From Spirochaetaceae bacterium (GTDB lineage Bacteria; Spirochaetota; Spirochaetia; DSM-27196; SLAA01): a stretch of DNA of 61,638 nucleotides. Each line of letters begins with the position of its first letter. The stretch's first letter is position 1. The notes under the pieces were generated by a model. That model was not told the DNA's origin and did not search any database. It saw nothing but the letters and a program-made list of their open reading frames with translations. Positions 42,830 to 52,849 of the stretch are shown piece by piece. The position numbers and the translations under genes were made by a program. Location of the stretch: positions 1 through 61,638 of the forward strand of contig PUOW01000187.1 in NCBI GenBank assembly GCA_003552185.1, read 5' to 3'.

Positions 42830-42898
42830 GCGGCGCTGTACTTTCTTCAGCCTCGGCGCCTCGTACTGGGCGCCGAGAGATCAAACGCGGTGAAACAA

Positions 42899-43420
42899 TC
42901 AGCGCGTGCGTCGCAGACGATCGACCACCTCGTCGCTGATATCCACAACCGAGCTCCACCACTGCAGGCCGTCGGCATCCGAGCGCAGCACGATGGTATA
43001 GCCCTCGGTCTCGGCTACGTATACGATCGCCTGCTGCAGGTCCTCGAAAAACTCGTCGCTGATGACGCTCTGCTGGCGACGCTCCAACTGCCGCCGCCGC
43101 CGCCGGGTGAGCTCATCGACAAAGACCTCAAGCTCTTCAACCTCTTCTTCAAGCTCTCCGATTCGGCTTCGATCGTTGTCGTCACGAGCATCGGCAAGCT
43201 CGTCGCGCAGCTCTTCGAGCATATCGAGGTAGCCGTCGATCTCCTCTTGGTACTCGTCGCGCAAGCTCTCGAGCTCGCGAACCTGGCGAGATTCACGATA
43301 AAAGTTGTTATACACCTGCTGCACATCAACCACACCGACCGTGCTCAGCTGATTGGCCGAAACCGCTGCGGTCGTCAGCATCGCAAGCAGCGCCGCGAGA
43401 ACAATTGCCTTCCTTACCAT
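42899..43420 (-). CDS. skp: OmpH/Skp-family periplasmic chaperone
   Basis: 173 aa. Signal peptide, then a charged coiled-coil body. Located immediately downstream of bamA. Confidence 0.75.
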   Translation of the reverse strand: MVRKAIVLAALLAMLTTAAVSANQLSTVGVVDVQQVYNNFYRESRQVRELESLRDEYQEEIDGYLDMLEELRDELADARDDNDRSRIGELEEEVEELEVFVDELTRRRRRQLERRQQSVISDEFFEDLQQAIVYVAETEGYTIVLRSDADGLQWWSSVVDISDEVVDRLRRTR

Positions 43421-43438
43421 CGCTTGCTATCTCCTTAC

Positions 43439-45934
43439 CTAAAACAGCTCGGTCCCGATCGAGAACACGAAGTCGAAGCCGAACGGGCCGGTGCTCTCTT
43501 CCCACTGCACGTCGCCGTCGTCGACCGTGAAGCGACGTGCAAGATACAGCCTAATCGGAAACTGCGGAATCGTGAAGCGCAGCCCGAATCCGGTACTGAA
43601 CAGGAAGTCTTCCGCGTCTACGTCGAGAATGTCACCGGGCTCCTCCTGTAGCGTTGCGCCCTCTATGAAGCCGTCCAGCCAGATGATCTGTTCGGCGAGC
43701 GGCATGCGTAGCTCCAGCCAATTGTTCCAGAGAGCGCGACCGCGGTCGCCGCGCCGGCCGGTCCAGCCGCGCGCGTTGAACATACCGTCGAGAAACAACA
43801 GGTTCGAGTCCGAGATCCAGCGCTCCGGCCGATCTCGATACTCCGAGGGTATCAGCCCCTCCGGCCAGTCGTAGATCAAGTCGAGCTTGGTTTGTCCGCC
43901 GAGCACCCATTTCCAGGCCCAGTTCTCAAACACCTGAATATCGAACAGCGTGAAGAAACGTTCCGCCTTGCTCTCGGTCTTGATGAAGTGCTGTGACCCC
44001 CGGAAGACGCCGCCCGCGAAGGTTACGTCTTGGCTAAGGTTGAACCCGGTGGAAGGGCTGATCACGAGGTCGCGGCTGTCGAGCTGCGTGCCCACGCCCC
44101 AGCGGTTCACAAAGCGCCAGCGCTGCCAGTTCTCGCGCGTTGCCTCGTTGAACGGCGTATAGATGTCGCGATCGTAATCGATATACTCGGCGCTGGTGCG
44201 AAGCGAGGTGCGCGCGCTCAGCCGTCCGGCTCGTGTCGACCAACGGTAGCCGGTATTACCTCCGAACGAGACGTTCCAGGCGGTGTAGTCCATGAGGTAC
44301 TGGTCGGGAATCGGAGCCCGAAAGGTGCCGCCCGCGTCGTCGTACTCGTCTTCCGAGCTATACGGCGCCGGCGCGTCGTCGGTCTCGTCGCTGAGCTGCC
44401 GCACGTTGGAGCGCACCGAGCGCTCGACCGAGGCACTCAGCCCCCCCGACCATCGCCGGCCGAAGAGGTAGCGTTCCTGAAAATTGGCACTGAAGCGCTG
44501 ACTGACCGGTGAAGCGTTGATCTCGGCTCCCACGGTCTGCCCGCGTCCAAGAAAGTTTATGTCCTGCCAACGCACCTGCGCCGAGACCGGGAAGTCGGCG
44601 CTGCCGCCGAACGCAACACCGAGCCGAATATCGGCGGTGTTGCCCTCCTCCACGTTCACGATCAAGTCCATCAGGCCCTCGGCGCTGCCTTGCGGCGTCT
44701 CCGGCACAACGTTCGAGAAGTACTGCGTATTCGCGAGGTTCTGCATGCCCTGGCGAACGCGCGCGGCGTTGAACACCTCGCCTTCTTCAAGCGGGATCTC
44801 GCGCCGAACGACATGGTCGCGTGTTTTTTCGTTTCCGCGGATCACGATGTTCTCGATGCGCGCCCGGTCGCGCTCAACAATGTTCACCCGGTAGGATATC
44901 GTCTGCTCTTCTTCGTCGCGAATCTCGTCGCGGCTGATCTCGTTGAAGATATAGCCGTTCTCGAAGTACAGGTCGGCGACGCGCTGAAAATCGGCCTCGA
45001 GCCGTTGCTGGTTGAGCACGTTCCCAGGCGTGAGCCGCAAGCGGTCGCTGAGCTGCTCGTCGCTGAACAGCGTATTGCCCTGAAACTCCATCCCGCCGTA
45101 CGTCCAGCGCTGCCCTTCCTCAACGAACACGCTCAAGGTGACGTAGTTGCGCTCGTCTTCCTCATCGCGCTCGATCTCGGTGATGATATCGACGACACGA
45201 GCGTCGATATAGCCGCGCTCGCGATAGTACTGCTCGATCTGCCGCCGGTCCTGCTCGAGCAGGCCCTCCTGAAAGATCCCACGATTGAACAGCGACTGCG
45301 GCCGACTCTCCATCACGCCGCGCAGGGTGCTCGCCGACGCGAAGCTATTCCCGGAAAACTCGATCTCGCGGATGACGGTGCGAAACCCCTCGGAGATCTC
45401 GAACACCACGGTTTGGCGTCCGTCGTCGTCTTCCTCAACGCGCGACGAAACCTCGGTATCGGGGTAGCCGCGCTCTTCGTACTCGGATGCAATCGCGTTG
45501 CGCGCCGAGCGTAACCGCGAATCGGTCACGACATCGCCTTCCGACAGCAAAATCACGTCCTCGAGATGGCGACGGCGGACGCTGCGGTTGCCCTCGAAGC
45601 GAATCTGGGACACCACGGCGCGTTCAACCACCTCGAAGCGCAGCACCAGCTGATCGTCGTCGGGCCCACCGCGCTCGGCCATCGGGATGATCTCCTCGAA
45701 GTAATCGAGCGCGTACAGACGCCGTTGCAGATTCTGAAATCGCGACTCGGTGAACCGCTGACCGATAAACGGCTCGACGATGCCGTCGAGCTCGCTCTCG
45801 GAGATGAACTCCAGACCGTCGAACACAATGTCGTAGATCGGCTCATCGAGGTACCAATCGGGGTCGTCGTTCTGCGCAAACGCGATGGTCGGCAGTAACA
45901 GCAGTAGCGCGCACACTCCCAGGCGCTTTCGCAT
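43439..45934 (-). CDS. bamA: outer membrane protein assembly factor BamA
   Basis: 831 aa. Signal peptide, five POTRA-like repeats (e.g. IREIEFSGN..., IENIVIRGNEKTRDHVVRREI) and a C-terminal beta-barrel ending FSIGTELF. Confidence 0.92.
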   Translation of the reverse strand: MRKRLGVCALLLLLPTIAFAQNDDPDWYLDEPIYDIVFDGLEFISESELDGIVEPFIGQRFTESRFQNLQRRLYALDYFEEIIPMAERGGPDDDQLVLRFEVVERAVVSQIRFEGNRSVRRRHLEDVILLSEGDVVTDSRLRSARNAIASEYEERGYPDTEVSSRVEEDDDGRQTVVFEISEGFRTVIREIEFSGNSFASASTLRGVMESRPQSLFNRGIFQEGLLEQDRRQIEQYYRERGYIDARVVDIITEIERDEEDERNYVTLSVFVEEGQRWTYGGMEFQGNTLFSDEQLSDRLRLTPGNVLNQQRLEADFQRVADLYFENGYIFNEISRDEIRDEEEQTISYRVNIVERDRARIENIVIRGNEKTRDHVVRREIPLEEGEVFNAARVRQGMQNLANTQYFSNVVPETPQGSAEGLMDLIVNVEEGNTADIRLGVAFGGSADFPVSAQVRWQDINFLGRGQTVGAEINASPVSQRFSANFQERYLFGRRWSGGLSASVERSVRSNVRQLSDETDDAPAPYSSEDEYDDAGGTFRAPIPDQYLMDYTAWNVSFGGNTGYRWSTRAGRLSARTSLRTSAEYIDYDRDIYTPFNEATRENWQRWRFVNRWGVGTQLDSRDLVISPSTGFNLSQDVTFAGGVFRGSQHFIKTESKAERFFTLFDIQVFENWAWKWVLGGQTKLDLIYDWPEGLIPSEYRDRPERWISDSNLLFLDGMFNARGWTGRRGDRGRALWNNWLELRMPLAEQIIWLDGFIEGATLQEEPGDILDVDAEDFLFSTGFGLRFTIPQFPIRLYLARRFTVDDGDVQWEESTGPFGFDFVFSIGTELF

Positions 45935-45974
45935 ACAGTCTCCTCAATTCGTTACAAGCATATTCGGGGCCCGA

Positions 45975-48900
45975 CTAATACGAAAACCCCCAAGAAAACG
46001 TAAAGGTGTTATCGGTGACGAATAGATCCTGCGGATTCTGAGGGAAGAAGTTCCAATCTACGTTGAATAACGGAGTTTGAAACTCCAAGGTCAACTCGGA
46101 ATCAACCGACAGTCCTCCCAGCTCCTGCACCTCCGGATCGCGCCGATCGGCAGCCTGCACCCGAACCAACAGCTCGAGAAACAGATCGGTGCCGAGATAC
46201 TTCCCGAGAAACACCGACGTATTATCGAAGTACTCTCCAAGAGAAGGGCCGGTAGTGTCAATAGGCTGCTCGCCTTCCGGCGGCTCGTCGGCGACCGCTC
46301 CGCGGACAATGTTTTGGAACACCTGCGTGCGAACCGACAGCAGATCTAAACGGAGAAAATCGCGCACCGTGCTCTCGAATGTCCGCATCGCGCCGAACTG
46401 CGTCACGATATCGCCGGTCAACAGCACCGCCGAAGACAGCGCCGCGATGTCGCCCGCGGTTTGGGTAAATACCTGACGCCCGAGAAGCTCGGCGATCTCT
46501 TGCTCGCTGAGAAGCGGGTCGGACTCGAAGCGCGGCGTGAACTCGCTCAAGCGCGTTTCGTCTGCCACCAGATAGAGGGTTACCGGGCCCCGTTCGGCGA
46601 TCTCACGGATCTCGGCGCGCGCCGAGAGTCGAGGATCGAACTGCTCTTGAGTTTCGTCGAACGTGATACTTCCTTCGCGAATATAGAAACTCCGGTCGAA
46701 ATAGAATATCTCGCCCCCCTGAATCCCGACATCGCCGCGCAACGCAAAACTGCCGTCTACCCCGGAGTGCTCGAAATAGATCGTCTCACCGGCGCGCGCG
46801 AAACTCCGCAAGATCGGAAAGTTCCGTGTCGGCCAATAAAACTCTACCCCACGCCCCGAGGTGATTTCCAGATCCACGACGACATCGTGATCGCGTCGTT
46901 CGGGCTCAGGCTCCTGTTCCGGCCCGAGCGTAATTGTGGTGGAGCGCGCGGTAATGCTGCCGGATAGGTTTGTAAGCTGCGGCGTACCGGAAATCGTGAA
47001 GGTTCCGGTACCGAAGCCGTCGACCGTCAGGGAGTCGAAGGTGTGGGCGACGTTTACACCGAACTCGTCGAGCGTGCGAAACTCGAACTCGTACTCCTCC
47101 GGCGTCCAACGACCGAGCAGCAGCCGGCCGTCGGCCTCTACCTCGCCTCGCCCGGCTCTCGCGCGAAACGGATTGATCACGACCGCCTTCTCTTGCAGGA
47201 CCACGTAGAACCGCTCGGCCGTCACCTCATCCGCGACGTAATCGACCCATACTCGCGCGTTCTCCGCGGTTAAGGTTCCGAAGAAGTCGGGGTCGTTGAT
47301 CGGACCGACCACGCGTATGCTACCGCTGACGCGCCCGTCGTAGATCGCAAACCGTCGAAAACTGAGAAGATCGCTCATGCGGTCGGCGTGCACGCTTACG
47401 CGCGTGAGATCGGCCTCGATCTCACCGTCTTCGTAGACGCCGGTAGCGGTCAACACAACCGGTAGTGGCGCGCTCAAGCGCAGCTGAAACGACCCGTCGG
47501 CATCGAGATACGCATTCACCGAATTCTCGGGCGCGCCCTGCAGAGCCGTACGCCCTTCGCTGCGCGAAACTTGAAAATCCCAGCGCCCGTCGTCCTCGGT
47601 GAGAGCGTCCGAAAGCACCGTGATCTCGGCAAGCGCGTCGCGATCGGCGAGCTCACCGAGCCTCAGCGCTTGGTCCTCGTGTGGCTCGAAGGTTGCCCGC
47701 AACCGAAGCGCAACCTCGAGCGCGTCGGGACGACCAAACTGCTCGAACCGGCTGTCCAACGCGAGCCGGCCGGTCTCGAGATTCAGGCTGCCTTGAAGAT
47801 CGGTAAGCTCGTTCGAGAGATACTGCAGATTGATCTCGCGCACCGCGAGCATCGCCTCTCGGTACTCAAACACGCCACGCGCCTGAAACGGATCGTTATT
47901 GAACCGCGCCTCTACCGACTCGAACCTACCGCTCATCTGTGGTGCGTCGGGTGTGCCCGAAACAACGAGCTCCGCGTTCACTCCGCCCCGCACCGGTTGC
48001 ACCCCGAGACGCCGAAGCGAGGTGTTTGTAACCATCGCGCGTCCGGAAACCTCTCCCTCATAATACTCGAAGCTCGCCTCGTAGCTTTCTTCACCGGTGT
48101 CGCTGATGAGCGAAAACGCCGCGTCGACCTTGAACGGCGAGGTGAAGCCGTACTCGAGCTCGCCGCTACCGGAGAGACGGGAGTACCGGTCTTCGTACAC
48201 AATTTGCTGCAGCCGGCCACCCGAGGGCTCGAAGCGACCGGCGAACTCTATCGCAACCTCGTCGTCGCGCAGAAACGGCATCTGAGTAAGCCGTACGCGG
48301 TTCACGCGAAACTCCCAGTCGTCGCGCGCGGCAAGCACGCCGTTGAGATCGAAGCTCGCGGCGAACTCGTGCCCCCCAACCGGAACCGGCAGCTCATCGG
48401 CGCGCAGCGCAAACACAAAGTTGCGTCCTTCGCCGAACGAGGCGTTGAAATCGAGCCCGTATGAGCCTTCGGCTACCACTCGACCGGCCGACGGGTCCAC
48501 CAATCCCGCAAGCTCGTACGCGACTCCATCGAACAGCAGATCGCTCTCGAACCGCACCCGGTCGCGATCGTCGAGGCGCACGGTTACCGCCCCAGTTCCT
48601 TGTTGATCCGCGACGCCCACCACGATGTTCTCGAGATGATACTCCGGCCCGTCGCTTCTCACGCTGAAGGTCGCAAAGTTCTCGCGCCGGTCTCGGTCGT
48701 AGAGAGAGACGAACGGCGCCGCAACCTGCAGGCCGGCCTCGTCGAACTCGAGCGAGACACGCGAGTCCAGTATGTAGCGACGGAGCGCCGGCGGTGCCTC
48801 CGGCACCTCCTCGGCATCGCTAAACACCTGCCACGCCGCGTACGGGCGCTCGAGCGGTATGTTCTGCAGATCGGCATCTACCGAGCCCCGCGGCCCGTCG

Positions 48901-50333
48901 GCGCCGAGCGCCACGGACCCCTCGGCCGAGACCGCGCTGTCGCCGAAGAACTCGAGGTCGCTCGAGACCGAGAACGCCAACCTGCCGTTCTCGAGCCCCA
49001 GTCCGGCGTCTACGTTGTAGAACTCAAACCCTCCGTACTCCAGATACCGTGAGCTCAACCGATAGCGGCCGTCGGCCCCCGAGAGCTCGAGCGCGCCGCT
49101 CACGCGCCGAGAGTCGTCGTAGCTGAACTCGTTGAAGACCAGGCGGCCGTTCGGCGCGTTATCCGCAAGCGTTACATACCCCTCGAACCTCGCCGAGCCG
49201 GTTTCGGAAATCGCGATTATTCTGTCGAAATCGACCCGTTCGCGATCACCACGCATAACCGCCGAGAGGTGCAGGTGATCGCCCTCGGCCGGAAGGTCGG
49301 CCTGCACCGCGACCCGATACCCCAACTCACCGTCATGCCGCCAGTTCAGGTGACCTTCGCCCGAGACGACGGTCTGCATCCACGCATCGAACCGGCTTCC
49401 GTCCCCGCGTAACTGCAGGGATTCGGCCGGGCGATACTGCTCGGCCAGGAAACTCGCTGCAAGCTCGCGGGTCTCGAGATCGTAGCTCACGGTGAGATCA
49501 ACCGGCTCGCGGTCCTGCAGTTTGCGCGCTACCACGCTTTGGTCGTCTAAGCTAACCGAGAATGCTTGATCTTGTAACACGAACTGCTCGGTGCCGAGGT
49601 ACGGCAGCTCGAGCGTTATGTCCGCTAAACTGAACTCCTCGTCGAACCGGCCTTCCAAGCCGAGCTCGGCCTCCGCCGCCCCGAGACCCGGCCGTCCGAA
49701 CGGCGCGCCGAACTCCTGCAGCGTGAGCCGCGCACCGGCACGAAAACGCGAGCTACCGGCCATATCGGCGTCGAAAAACAGGTCTTCGAGCCGATACTCG
49801 TAGCCTTCGTGTACCAGCTCGAGCGAGAGGTTTCGCCCCGACAACGTGAACTCCGGGCTGCGATCGGTCTGCGGCGTACGCGACTCGACCAACTCGCGCA
49901 AATACTCGTAGAGCTCACGGTCGGCTTCCGAGTCGTAGCGAACTCGGGTGTTCTCTATGCTGATTCGCCGCAGCGGATTACGCGCCCCGCCGCTTATCAG
50001 ATCCGCGAGACTGTAGTACACTCGTACGCGCGCAACCGAGAGGAGCGTCTCGCTTTCGTGCCGGTTTCCGTGAACCGTTAGGCCGCGGATATCGAAGCGA
50101 CGAAAGATCGAGGGAGAGATGCGGTCGTAGCTCACCCGTCTTCCGAGCTCGGCCTCGATCTGCTCGAGCGCATCGGCCTTGAGTTCGGTAAGTCGAGCGC
50201 TGATAACGGAATGAACCGGGCTCAGGATCGCGCTCACCGCGATAAGCAGGACAACGAGAACGATGATATTTGGTCGAACGCGAGCGGTTCTCATGAGCCG
50301 ATTGCAAACTCCTATACTACTACATGGTAGCAC
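45975..50333 (-). CDS. tamB: TamB-like translocation and assembly module protein (AsmA-like, DUF490 C-terminus)
   Basis: 1452 aa. N-terminal anchor IIVLVVLLIAVSAIL, a long beta-rich repetitive body, and a conserved C-terminal block. Located directly upstream of bamA. The GTG start at 50333 lies 3 nt from the divergent tmk ATG; ATG 50294 is an alternative. Confidence 0.75.
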   Translation of the reverse strand: MLPCSSIGVCNRLMRTARVRPNIIVLVVLLIAVSAILSPVHSVISARLTELKADALEQIEAELGRRVSYDRISPSIFRRFDIRGLTVHGNRHESETLLSVARVRVYYSLADLISGGARNPLRRISIENTRVRYDSEADRELYEYLRELVESRTPQTDRSPEFTLSGRNLSLELVHEGYEYRLEDLFFDADMAGSSRFRAGARLTLQEFGAPFGRPGLGAAEAELGLEGRFDEEFSLADITLELPYLGTEQFVLQDQAFSVSLDDQSVVARKLQDREPVDLTVSYDLETRELAASFLAEQYRPAESLQLRGDGSRFDAWMQTVVSGEGHLNWRHDGELGYRVAVQADLPAEGDHLHLSAVMRGDRERVDFDRIIAISETGSARFEGYVTLADNAPNGRLVFNEFSYDDSRRVSGALELSGADGRYRLSSRYLEYGGFEFYNVDAGLGLENGRLAFSVSSDLEFFGDSAVSAEGSVALGADGPRGSVDADLQNIPLERPYAAWQVFSDAEEVPEAPPALRRYILDSRVSLEFDEAGLQVAAPFVSLYDRDRRENFATFSVRSDGPEYHLENIVVGVADQQGTGAVTVRLDDRDRVRFESDLLFDGVAYELAGLVDPSAGRVVAEGSYGLDFNASFGEGRNFVFALRADELPVPVGGHEFAASFDLNGVLAARDDWEFRVNRVRLTQMPFLRDDEVAIEFAGRFEPSGGRLQQIVYEDRYSRLSGSGELEYGFTSPFKVDAAFSLISDTGEESYEASFEYYEGEVSGRAMVTNTSLRRLGVQPVRGGVNAELVVSGTPDAPQMSGRFESVEARFNNDPFQARGVFEYREAMLAVREINLQYLSNELTDLQGSLNLETGRLALDSRFEQFGRPDALEVALRLRATFEPHEDQALRLGELADRDALAEITVLSDALTEDDGRWDFQVSRSEGRTALQGAPENSVNAYLDADGSFQLRLSAPLPVVLTATGVYEDGEIEADLTRVSVHADRMSDLLSFRRFAIYDGRVSGSIRVVGPINDPDFFGTLTAENARVWVDYVADEVTAERFYVVLQEKAVVINPFRARAGRGEVEADGRLLLGRWTPEEYEFEFRTLDEFGVNVAHTFDSLTVDGFGTGTFTISGTPQLTNLSGSITARSTTITLGPEQEPEPERRDHDVVVDLEITSGRGVEFYWPTRNFPILRSFARAGETIYFEHSGVDGSFALRGDVGIQGGEIFYFDRSFYIREGSITFDETQEQFDPRLSARAEIREIAERGPVTLYLVADETRLSEFTPRFESDPLLSEQEIAELLGRQVFTQTAGDIAALSSAVLLTGDIVTQFGAMRTFESTVRDFLRLDLLSVRTQVFQNIVRGAVADEPPEGEQPIDTTGPSLGEYFDNTSVFLGKYLGTDLFLELLVRVQAADRRDPEVQELGGLSVDSELTLEFQTPLFNVDWNFFPQNPQDLFVTDNTFTFSWGFSY

Positions 50334-50336
50334 GTT

Positions 50337-50993
50337 ATGACATCAAATAAAACCGCGTCCGAAACCGAGCCGCGGCAGGTACTACCCGGGTTCATTGTGT
50401 TCGAAGGGCTCGACGGCGCCGGGACTACCACCCAGGCACGACTGTTCGTAGAGCGCTTACGCTCCGGCGGCGCTGCGGTTTCCGCCACCGCCGAACCTAC
50501 CGACGGACCGATCGGCCGCCATATCAGAGCGGTGTTATCGGGCTCCGAACACGCTTCTGATCGTACCATGGCGTACCTCTTCGCCGCCGATCGCAGCGAG
50601 CACCTCGACAACCCCGATCACGGCATCCTCGCCGAGCTGAAGCGCGGCCGGTACGTGGTCTGCGACCGCTACCTCTTTTCCTCGCTGGCCTATCAAGGCA
50701 GCTTATGCGGGTTTGAGTTCGTCCGGATGCTCAACAGTTCGTTCGCGCTACCGGAACATCTGGTGTTTTTGGAATTACAGAGCAGAGCTGGGCTTGAGCG
50801 CATCAAAACGCGCGACCGGAACGAGATCTATGAAACCCCGCAAATTCAAGATACCGTCTACCATGGTTATCGGCAAGCGCTCGAGCAGTTTCGAGACACC
50901 AAGATGCGGATACACCGGATCGACGGCAGCGCCGCCCCGGAGACGATCGCCGAAGAGGTCTGGAGGCGCATAGCAATCACGCCGATACACTAG
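50337..50993 (+). CDS. tmk: thymidylate kinase
   Basis: 218 aa. P-loop FIVFEGLDGAGTTTQ and DRYLFSSLAYQG. Confidence 0.9.
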   Translation: MTSNKTASETEPRQVLPGFIVFEGLDGAGTTTQARLFVERLRSGGAAVSATAEPTDGPIGRHIRAVLSGSEHASDRTMAYLFAADRSEHLDNPDHGILAELKRGRYVVCDRYLFSSLAYQGSLCGFEFVRMLNSSFALPEHLVFLELQSRAGLERIKTRDRNEIYETPQIQDTVYHGYRQALEQFRDTKMRIHRIDGSAAPETIAEEVWRRIAITPIH

Positions 50994-50996
50994 AAC

Positions 50997-51596
50997 GTGA
51001 AACGTCTCGTATTGCTGATACCGGCGCTGTTGCTCCTTGCCGGACCGCTGTTCGGTTATCGCTTGCTCTATCGAGAACAACTCTATCGCCTCTATCGGCA
51101 GCATCTCCACCAGAGCCCGAATGTGATCAAAGAAAACATCTACTGGCTCGAGCAGGCACTGCGCGCCGATTTCGCGAATCCGCTCTACGCGCTCGCGGTT
51201 ATCGAGAATGAGCGCGACTGGGAGCGCTACCGCTACCTGTTTACGATGCACCTCAACCTGAAACTCGTAGAGCTCTATCTGCAGTGGGGAAACCAGTACA
51301 ATAAACGCGCGGCGTACTTCTTCAACTACCCCTGGCGCGATCAAAACATCGAGAGCCTCGATCGCGCCGAGGAGCTGTTTGAGTTCGCGCTGGTGTACTG
51401 GGAGATCACGCTGCAATGGTCGGATCTGGCCTGGGAGTTCCGCGATATACACCTGCCGGAGGTGCAGCACTGGGCCGACCAGAACTACCGCATAGAAACC
51501 GGCGACCTAGATTATGAGTTCATCATAGACCGCCACCTCACCCGCCTTCGCGAGGTCCGAGCTCGCTTCGAAGCGATGGACGAGAGCACGTACTAA
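50997..51596 (+). CDS. hypothetical secreted Trp/Tyr-rich protein
   Basis: 199 aa. Signal peptide MKRLVLLIPALLLLAGPLFG. GTG start 3 nt after the tmk stop. No recognisable domain. Confidence 0.55.
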   Translation: MKRLVLLIPALLLLAGPLFGYRLLYREQLYRLYRQHLHQSPNVIKENIYWLEQALRADFANPLYALAVIENERDWERYRYLFTMHLNLKLVELYLQWGNQYNKRAAYFFNYPWRDQNIESLDRAEELFEFALVYWEITLQWSDLAWEFRDIHLPEVQHWADQNYRIETGDLDYEFIIDRHLTRLREVRARFEAMDESTY

Positions 51597-51613
51597 CACG
51601 CTGCGCCTCGGTA

Positions 51614-51650
51614 GCAGCCTGCATGCAGCTCGGAGCAGGCTGCAGCCTGC
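51614..51650. terminator. GC-rich palindromic hairpin cluster between convergent genes (possible bidirectional terminator)
   Basis: GCAGCCTGC (51614..51622) pairs with GCAGGCTGC (51635..51643). GCAGGCTGCAGCCTGC is itself a perfect palindrome. No U-tract. Confidence 0.3.
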
Positions 51651-51682
51651 GGGCGGCCAGGAAGCATCCCTGAGCGCGACGT

Positions 51683-52849
51683 TCACCGGATCAACATCGC
51701 GTCGCCGTACGAGTAGAAGCGGTAGTCGTGCGCTACCGCATGACGGTAGGCACGCATAACCTCCTTGTATCCGCCGAACGCGGCCACGAGCATCAGGAGG
51801 CTCGACTCGGGCGTGTGGAAGTTGGTAAAAACCGCATCCACGACGCGAAATCGAAAGCCGGGGTAGATGAACAGATCGGTCTCACCGGAGCCGCCGAGCG
51901 AGGACGGGTGCGGAGAACCGGTTGAGCCGGGCGATTCGACTGATCCCGCCGAACGCGCCGCCCCGGCCCGCCGGTGCGATTCGACCGCAGCGGTTTTCTG
52001 CGCAGCGGCCTCGAGCGGGGCTGCCTCGGGCGCAGCGGCCTCCAGCGCAGCGGCCTCCAGCGCAGCGGCCTCGAGCGTACGAACCGAGGTGGTGCCGACC
52101 GCGACCACCGGCCGCCCGGACGCGCGCGCGTCGGCCACCGCGCGAGCGGTCTCGGGCGGTATAGAGAAGCGCTCGCGGTGCATGCTGTGGTCCTGTACGC
52201 GTTCGCTGCGAACCGGGAGAAAGGTTCCGGGGCCGACATGGAGCGTGACGAACGCGGTCTCATGACCGAACTCGTTGAGTCGGCGCAGCAACTCGGGGGT
52301 GAAATGCAGCCCCGCGGTCGGCGCCGCGACCGAGCCCGAGACCTCGGCATACACCGTTTGGTAGCGCTCGCGGTCGGCGTGCTCGGCGGCGCGTCGAATA
52401 TACGGCGGCAGCGGCACCGACCCGTGCCGGCGCAAATACGCGACCGAGAGCGCCGGAGCAAACGCCAGCTCCAGAAACGGCGGCTCCTTGGCCACGACTC
52501 GGGCGACCACGCCCTCGGGCAGCTCGAGCTCGGCGCCGGTCCGCAGTCGCCTCGCGCGCTGCACCATCGCGCGACAGCGACTCCCGCTAAACGGCTCCAC
52601 CACCAGCAGCTCAACCGCGCCGCCTCCGGGGCGTTTGCGCGCCTCGAGGCGAACCGGCTCAACACGGCTGTTGTTGAACACCAAGAGGGCACGCTCGGGC
52701 AGCAGCTCCGGCAGTTCGCGCACCGAGCGATCCTCGAGCGCTCCGTCGTCGCGCGACAACACGAGCAGGCGCGCGAGTTCGCGTCGTGCGGCCGGGTGCT
52801 GCGCAATCAACCGCTCGGGAAGCTCAAAAGAGAAATCGTTGGTCTTCAT
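51683..52849 (-). CDS. queA: S-adenosylmethionine:tRNA ribosyltransferase-isomerase with repeat insertion
   Basis: [68 protein letters not shown] prefer the start at ATG 52849 (MKTNDFSF...). The track start 52954 adds an Arg/Pro-rich stretch that overlaps ruvB. Confidence 0.9.
   Translation of the reverse strand: MKTNDFSFELPERLIAQHPAARRELARLLVLSRDDGALEDRSVRELPELLPERALLVFNNSRVEPVRLEARKRPGGGAVELLVVEPFSGSRCRAMVQRARRLRTGAELELPEGVVARVVAKEPPFLELAFAPALSVAYLRRHGSVPLPPYIRRAAEHADRERYQTVYAEVSGSVAAPTAGLHFTPELLRRLNEFGHETAFVTLHVGPGTFLPVRSERVQDHSMHRERFSIPPETARAVADARASGRPVVAVGTTSVRTLEAAALEAAALEAAAPEAAPLEAAAQKTAAVESHRRAGAARSAGSVESPGSTGSPHPSSLGGSGETDLFIYPGFRFRVVDAVFTNFHTPESSLLMLVAAFGGYKEVMRAYRHAVAHDYRFYSYGDAMLIR
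51998..52072. repeat. 15-bp in-frame tandem repeat inside queA (encodes [25 protein letters not shown])
   Basis: The plus strand shows reiterated cagcggcctccagcg / cagcggcctcgagcg units. Coordinates were derived from residues 295-319 of the ORF-track protein. Confidence 0.75.

Noticed and set aside
41057-43651. 406-aa and 341-aa plus-strand ORFs across mutS and skp
   Set aside because: Antisense to mutS and skp, which have unambiguous motifs. No independent evidence.
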